From Terriglobia bacterium (lineage in GTDB: Bacteria > Acidobacteriota > Terriglobia > 20CM-2-55-15), in NCBI GenBank assembly GCA_965198225.1, contig CBDAOY010000009.1, forward strand, positions 832,001 to 896,000: DNA of 64,000 nt, written 5' to 3'. The notes below the pieces were generated by a model. The model saw only the letters and a program-made list of their open reading frames with translations, made no database searches and was not told where the DNA came from. Numbering within the stretch: the stretch's first letter is position 1; the number at the start of each line of letters is the position of its first letter. This document shows positions 60,841-64,000 of the stretch, piece after piece. A program made the position numbers and the translations under genes.

Positions 60841-61175
60841 CCGCGAGGGAGCCAATGTGAGGGGACAGGGACTTGCCCTGTCCCCGGGTGTGTGCTGATC
60901 AGAAGTGTTGGGTATAGCCCTGTCCCCGCGTGTGTGCTGATCAGAACGGTCCCGGAACGCCGGATCGCAAATCTTTCTATTGCAGAATCCGCATTGGAGA
61001 TTTGGCGATTCGAGATTTGAAATTGTAGATCGAAAGACAGGTGTAGGTGCGGTCTGTGACCGCACGTTGTTTCGGTCCGAGAAGTGTGCGGTCATAGACC
61101 GCCCCTACACCGTTGTCCCCCGGCTTTTCTGCTTAGCGAAGACCCGGGGACAGGGCAAGTCCCTGTCCCCCTCAC
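60841..61175. repeat. nested cluster of three repeat families
   Basis: outer inverted GGGGACAGGG units, inner GAATCCGCATT unit, and REP doublet 61042..61109. Confidence 0.8.
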
Positions 61176-61213
61176 CACAGAGAGCGGTGCCTCCGCCGCT
61201 CGACCGGGGGTGC

Positions 61214-62533
61214 CTACCTGGCTCCGCTCATTGAGGCCAGGAAGTCCGCGTTCGCCTTGGTCTTGCCCATCTTTTCGAGCAGCAATTCCATCGCCTCGAC
61301 CGTCGAAAGCGGATTGAGAACCTTACGCAGGATCCATATGCGGGTCAACTCGTCCTTCGAAACCAGCAGCTCTTCCTTCCGCGTTCCGGACCGGTTGATG
61401 TCGATGGCCGGGAACACGCGCTTGTCGACGAGCTTCCGGTCCAGACCGATCTCCATGTTGCCCGTACCCTTGAACTCCTCGAAGATGACGTCGTCCATTC
61501 GGCTGCCCGTGTCGATCAGGGCCGTGGCGATGATCGTCAGGCTACCACCCTCCTCGATGTTGCGCGCAGCGCCGAAGAACCGTTTCGGACGTTGCAGCGC
61601 GTTCGAGTCGACTCCGCCGGAGAGGACCTTACCGGACGGCGGCACGATCGTGTTGTAGGCGCGCGCCAGCCGGGTTATAGAGTCCAGCAGAATCACGACG
61701 TCACGCTTGTGTTCCACGAGGCGTTTCGCTTTTTCGATCACCATCTCGGCGACCTGCACGTGGCGGGAGGCAGGTTCATCGAAGGTTGAACTGATCACCT
61801 CTCCGTTCACGGACCGCTGCATGTCGGTCACTTCCTCGGGACGCTCGTCGATCAGCAGGACGATCAGGATGACTTCCGGTTGGTTCGCCGTGATCGAGTT
61901 TGCGATCGTTTGAAGGAGCATGGTCTTGCCCGTGCGCGGCGGCGCGACGATCAGTCCTCGTTGTCCCTTGCCGATGGGGGTGAGCAAGTCGAGCACCCGG
62001 GCCGACAGGTTGTCTTTCTCGGTTTCCAGCTTTAACCGTTCGTCCGGATAGAGCGGGGTCAGGTTGTCGAAAAAGATCTTGTTGCGCGCCTGATCGGGAT
62101 GCTCGAAGTTGACGGCTTCGACCTTGATCAGGGCGAAATACCGTTCGCCTTCCTTCGGGGGGCGGACCTGTCCCGATACCGTGTCGCCTGTTCTCAGGTC
62201 GAACTTTCGTATCTGAGAAGGCGAGACGTAGATGTCGTCCGGGCCCGGCAGGTAGTTGTAGTCCGGCGCGCGCAGAAAACCGAAGCCGTCCGGCAGAGTC
62301 TCCAACACACCTTCGCTGAAAATGAAGCCGCTCTTTTCAGTCTGGGCCTGGAGGATCTTGAAGATCAGCTCCTGTTTCCGCATCCCCGATGCTCCCTGGA
62401 TGTTCAGGTCTTTGGCGACCTGGGTCAGGGAGGAGATGTTCATCTCCTTCAACTGGGCGATGTCCATCGCCGCGGTGCCGTCCGGGCGTTCTGTTACGAG
62501 TTTTTTTGTCACTGGCGGGTTTTTCTTACTCAT
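61214..62533 (-). CDS. rho: transcription termination factor Rho
   Basis: [20 protein letters not shown] and SGTRKEELL; start uncertain. Confidence 0.97.
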   Translation of the reverse strand: MSKKNPPVTKKLVTERPDGTAAMDIAQLKEMNISSLTQVAKDLNIQGASGMRKQELIFKILQAQTEKSGFIFSEGVLETLPDGFGFLRAPDYNYLPGPDDIYVSPSQIRKFDLRTGDTVSGQVRPPKEGERYFALIKVEAVNFEHPDQARNKIFFDNLTPLYPDERLKLETEKDNLSARVLDLLTPIGKGQRGLIVAPPRTGKTMLLQTIANSITANQPEVILIVLLIDERPEEVTDMQRSVNGEVISSTFDEPASRHVQVAEMVIEKAKRLVEHKRDVVILLDSITRLARAYNTIVPPSGKVLSGGVDSNALQRPKRFFGAARNIEEGGSLTIIATALIDTGSRMDDVIFEEFKGTGNMEIGLDRKLVDKRVFPAIDINRSGTRKEELLVSKDELTRIWILRKVLNPLSTVEAMELLLEKMGKTKANADFLASMSGAR

Positions 62534-62596
62534 GTGGGGTTTGTGTGAAATTGTGGTGTCCCGGTCGCGGATCCTGGCGGATCCAGCGTCCTCCAC

Positions 62597-63172
62597 CTAG
62601 GAAATCGCAGTTCGTATCCTGGTCAAGACGGTGTCCTTACCAAGACGCTTGACTGCTGAGAATGGAATCACTTCGTCGGCCGCGAGGGCTTCCGTGGTCC
62701 TCGTAATCGACTTGTTGAGTTGATTCCGTGAAAGTTTGTCTGCTTTGGTCAGAATGATGGCGTTCTCTATAGCGTAATGGTCCAGCCACTCCTTCATCGA
62801 AACATCATTCGGGGTGGGCGGGATTCGGCAGTCAATGAGCAACAATGCCAGTCTCAGCTGCGGGCGATCCCGCAGATACCCTTCGACCATCTTCTTCCAG
62901 CCGGCTTGCACCGTTTTGGGTACCTTCGCGTATCCGTATCCGGGCAGGTCGACGAAGTAAAAGCGATCATTGATCGAATAGAAATTAACTGTCTGTGTGC
63001 GACCTGGCGACGAACTGATCCGGGCCAGGCCACCGATGTTGACCAGCGCGTTCAGCAATCTCGATTTTCCGACGTTCGACCGGCCAATGAATGCTATCTC
63101 CTGAAATTGATCACGGGGAAAGTCCGCCGGTTTCAGGGCACTCTTGACAAATCGGGCGGAAGTAACTTTCAC
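62597..63172 (-). CDS. engB: ribosome biogenesis GTPase YihA/YsxC
   Basis: GRSNVGKS, DLPGYG and TKAD; typical position after lon. Confidence 0.95.
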   Translation of the reverse strand: MKVTSARFVKSALKPADFPRDQFQEIAFIGRSNVGKSRLLNALVNIGGLARISSSPGRTQTVNFYSINDRFYFVDLPGYGYAKVPKTVQAGWKKMVEGYLRDRPQLRLALLLIDCRIPPTPNDVSMKEWLDHYAIENAIILTKADKLSRNQLNKSITRTTEALAADEVIPFSAVKRLGKDTVLTRIRTAIS

Positions 63173-63327
63173 GGGAGGCTGAGCACGGATGGCTCATTTC
63201 CGAACCCACTTATTCTATCAATTCTCTACCAAAAAGATCCAGCCGGTAATCCACCGGACAAGATTCGGAGATCAAGAGCTGATTGCGCAGTCTGACAGTA
63301 AAACCCCCAAACTGCAGGATCAACCGT

Positions 63328-63496
63328 CTAGCAGGCTGCTGAAAAACTCCGTTTTTCGGCTGTCTGTGTCGCGGCATAGGATGTGCCGCCATTTTCGATG
63401 GCTGTAAGCCATTGAGAATGTGAGGCACCTGAGAATCACACTTCTCAGGTGACGTTGCTGAAAAAGCCACTGAGGGCTTTTTCAGCATCCTGCTAG
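63328..63496. mobile_element. MITE with CTAGCAGG(C/A)TGCTGAAAAA terminal inverted repeats
   Basis: 19-bp IRs with one mismatch, CTAG at both ends, no ORF. Confidence 0.8.
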
Positions 63497-64000
63497 TGAG
63501 TAATCGAAGTCTGGCGGTCCGCCGGGTTGCTTGCGGCACGAGGGTCGAACGCTTCGGATTCGTCCAATGGGGTCGGTTGGTCCGTCAGCGCGACCTTCAG
63601 GACCTCGTCCATGCCGTCGACGAGGTGGATCGTGAACTCGTCCATGATCGCCGTCGGGATATCCGCCAGGTCCTTCTGGTTGTCCTTCGGAAGGATGATG
63701 GTTCGAATACCGGCCCGGTGAGCTGCCAGCAGTTTCTCCTTGACGCCTCCGATGGGTAGAACCTTGCCGCGGAGCGTGATTTCGCCAGTCATGGCGACAT
63801 CGCAGTGGACCGGGATCTGGGTCAGCCCGCTCACGATCGAGGTGGCCATCGTGATGCCTGCCGAAGGCCCGTCCTTCGGTATAGCTCCTTCCGGCACGTG
63901 GATGTGCAGATCGAGCCTCTGGTAGAAATCCTTGGGGATTCCGAAGGCGTGCGATCGAGACCGAACATAGCTCATCGCCGCCTGGGCCGATTCCTGCATC
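63493..64000 (-). CDS. lon: Lon protease, C-terminal part (truncated by the window edge)
   Basis: [18 protein letters not shown] and [10 protein letters not shown]. Confidence 0.96.
   Translation of the reverse strand, partial: MQESAQAAMSYVRSRSHAFGIPKDFYQRLDLHIHVPEGAIPKDGPSAGITMATSIVSGLTQIPVHCDVAMTGEITLRGKVLPIGGVKEKLLAAHRAGIRTIILPKDNQKDLADIPTAIMDEFTIHLVDGMDEVLKVALTDQPTPLDESEAFDPRAASNPADRQTSITH

Overview
GC-rich bacterial chromosomal window; gene content and repeat style suggest an Acidobacteriota-like organism, but this is inference only. The first 16 kb carry a complete-looking extracellular electron transfer locus: hemerythrin-mtrC-mtrA-mtrB, a tetraheme cytochrome c, a sigma54 two-component system with a Cys-rich PAS kinase, a hexaheme NapC/NirT-type membrane cytochrome, a USP, a receiver protein, and a divergent tiny monoheme cytochrome. 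Sigma54 -24/-12 boxes and a shared palindrome link several of these units. The rest holds redox, metal and central-metabolism genes (pfkA, bacilliredoxin, HtrA, MacAB-like ABC exporter, 2-oxoacid:ferredoxin oxidoreductase, CopA, cytochrome c peroxidase, acnA, VIT1/MbfA-like) and housekeeping genes (hisS, aspS, mutL, HU, rho, yihA, lon). Mobile DNA includes an IS256 splitting nhaC, an intact IS1182, several MITEs that sit at CTAG sites overlapping stop codons, and about five families of short intergenic repeats (GTAG-type REPs and others). Several accessory genes are broken by small indels or rearrangements, while the core genes look intact. I found no rRNA, tRNA or CRISPR array. All calls are from reading the sequence; no database searches were run.
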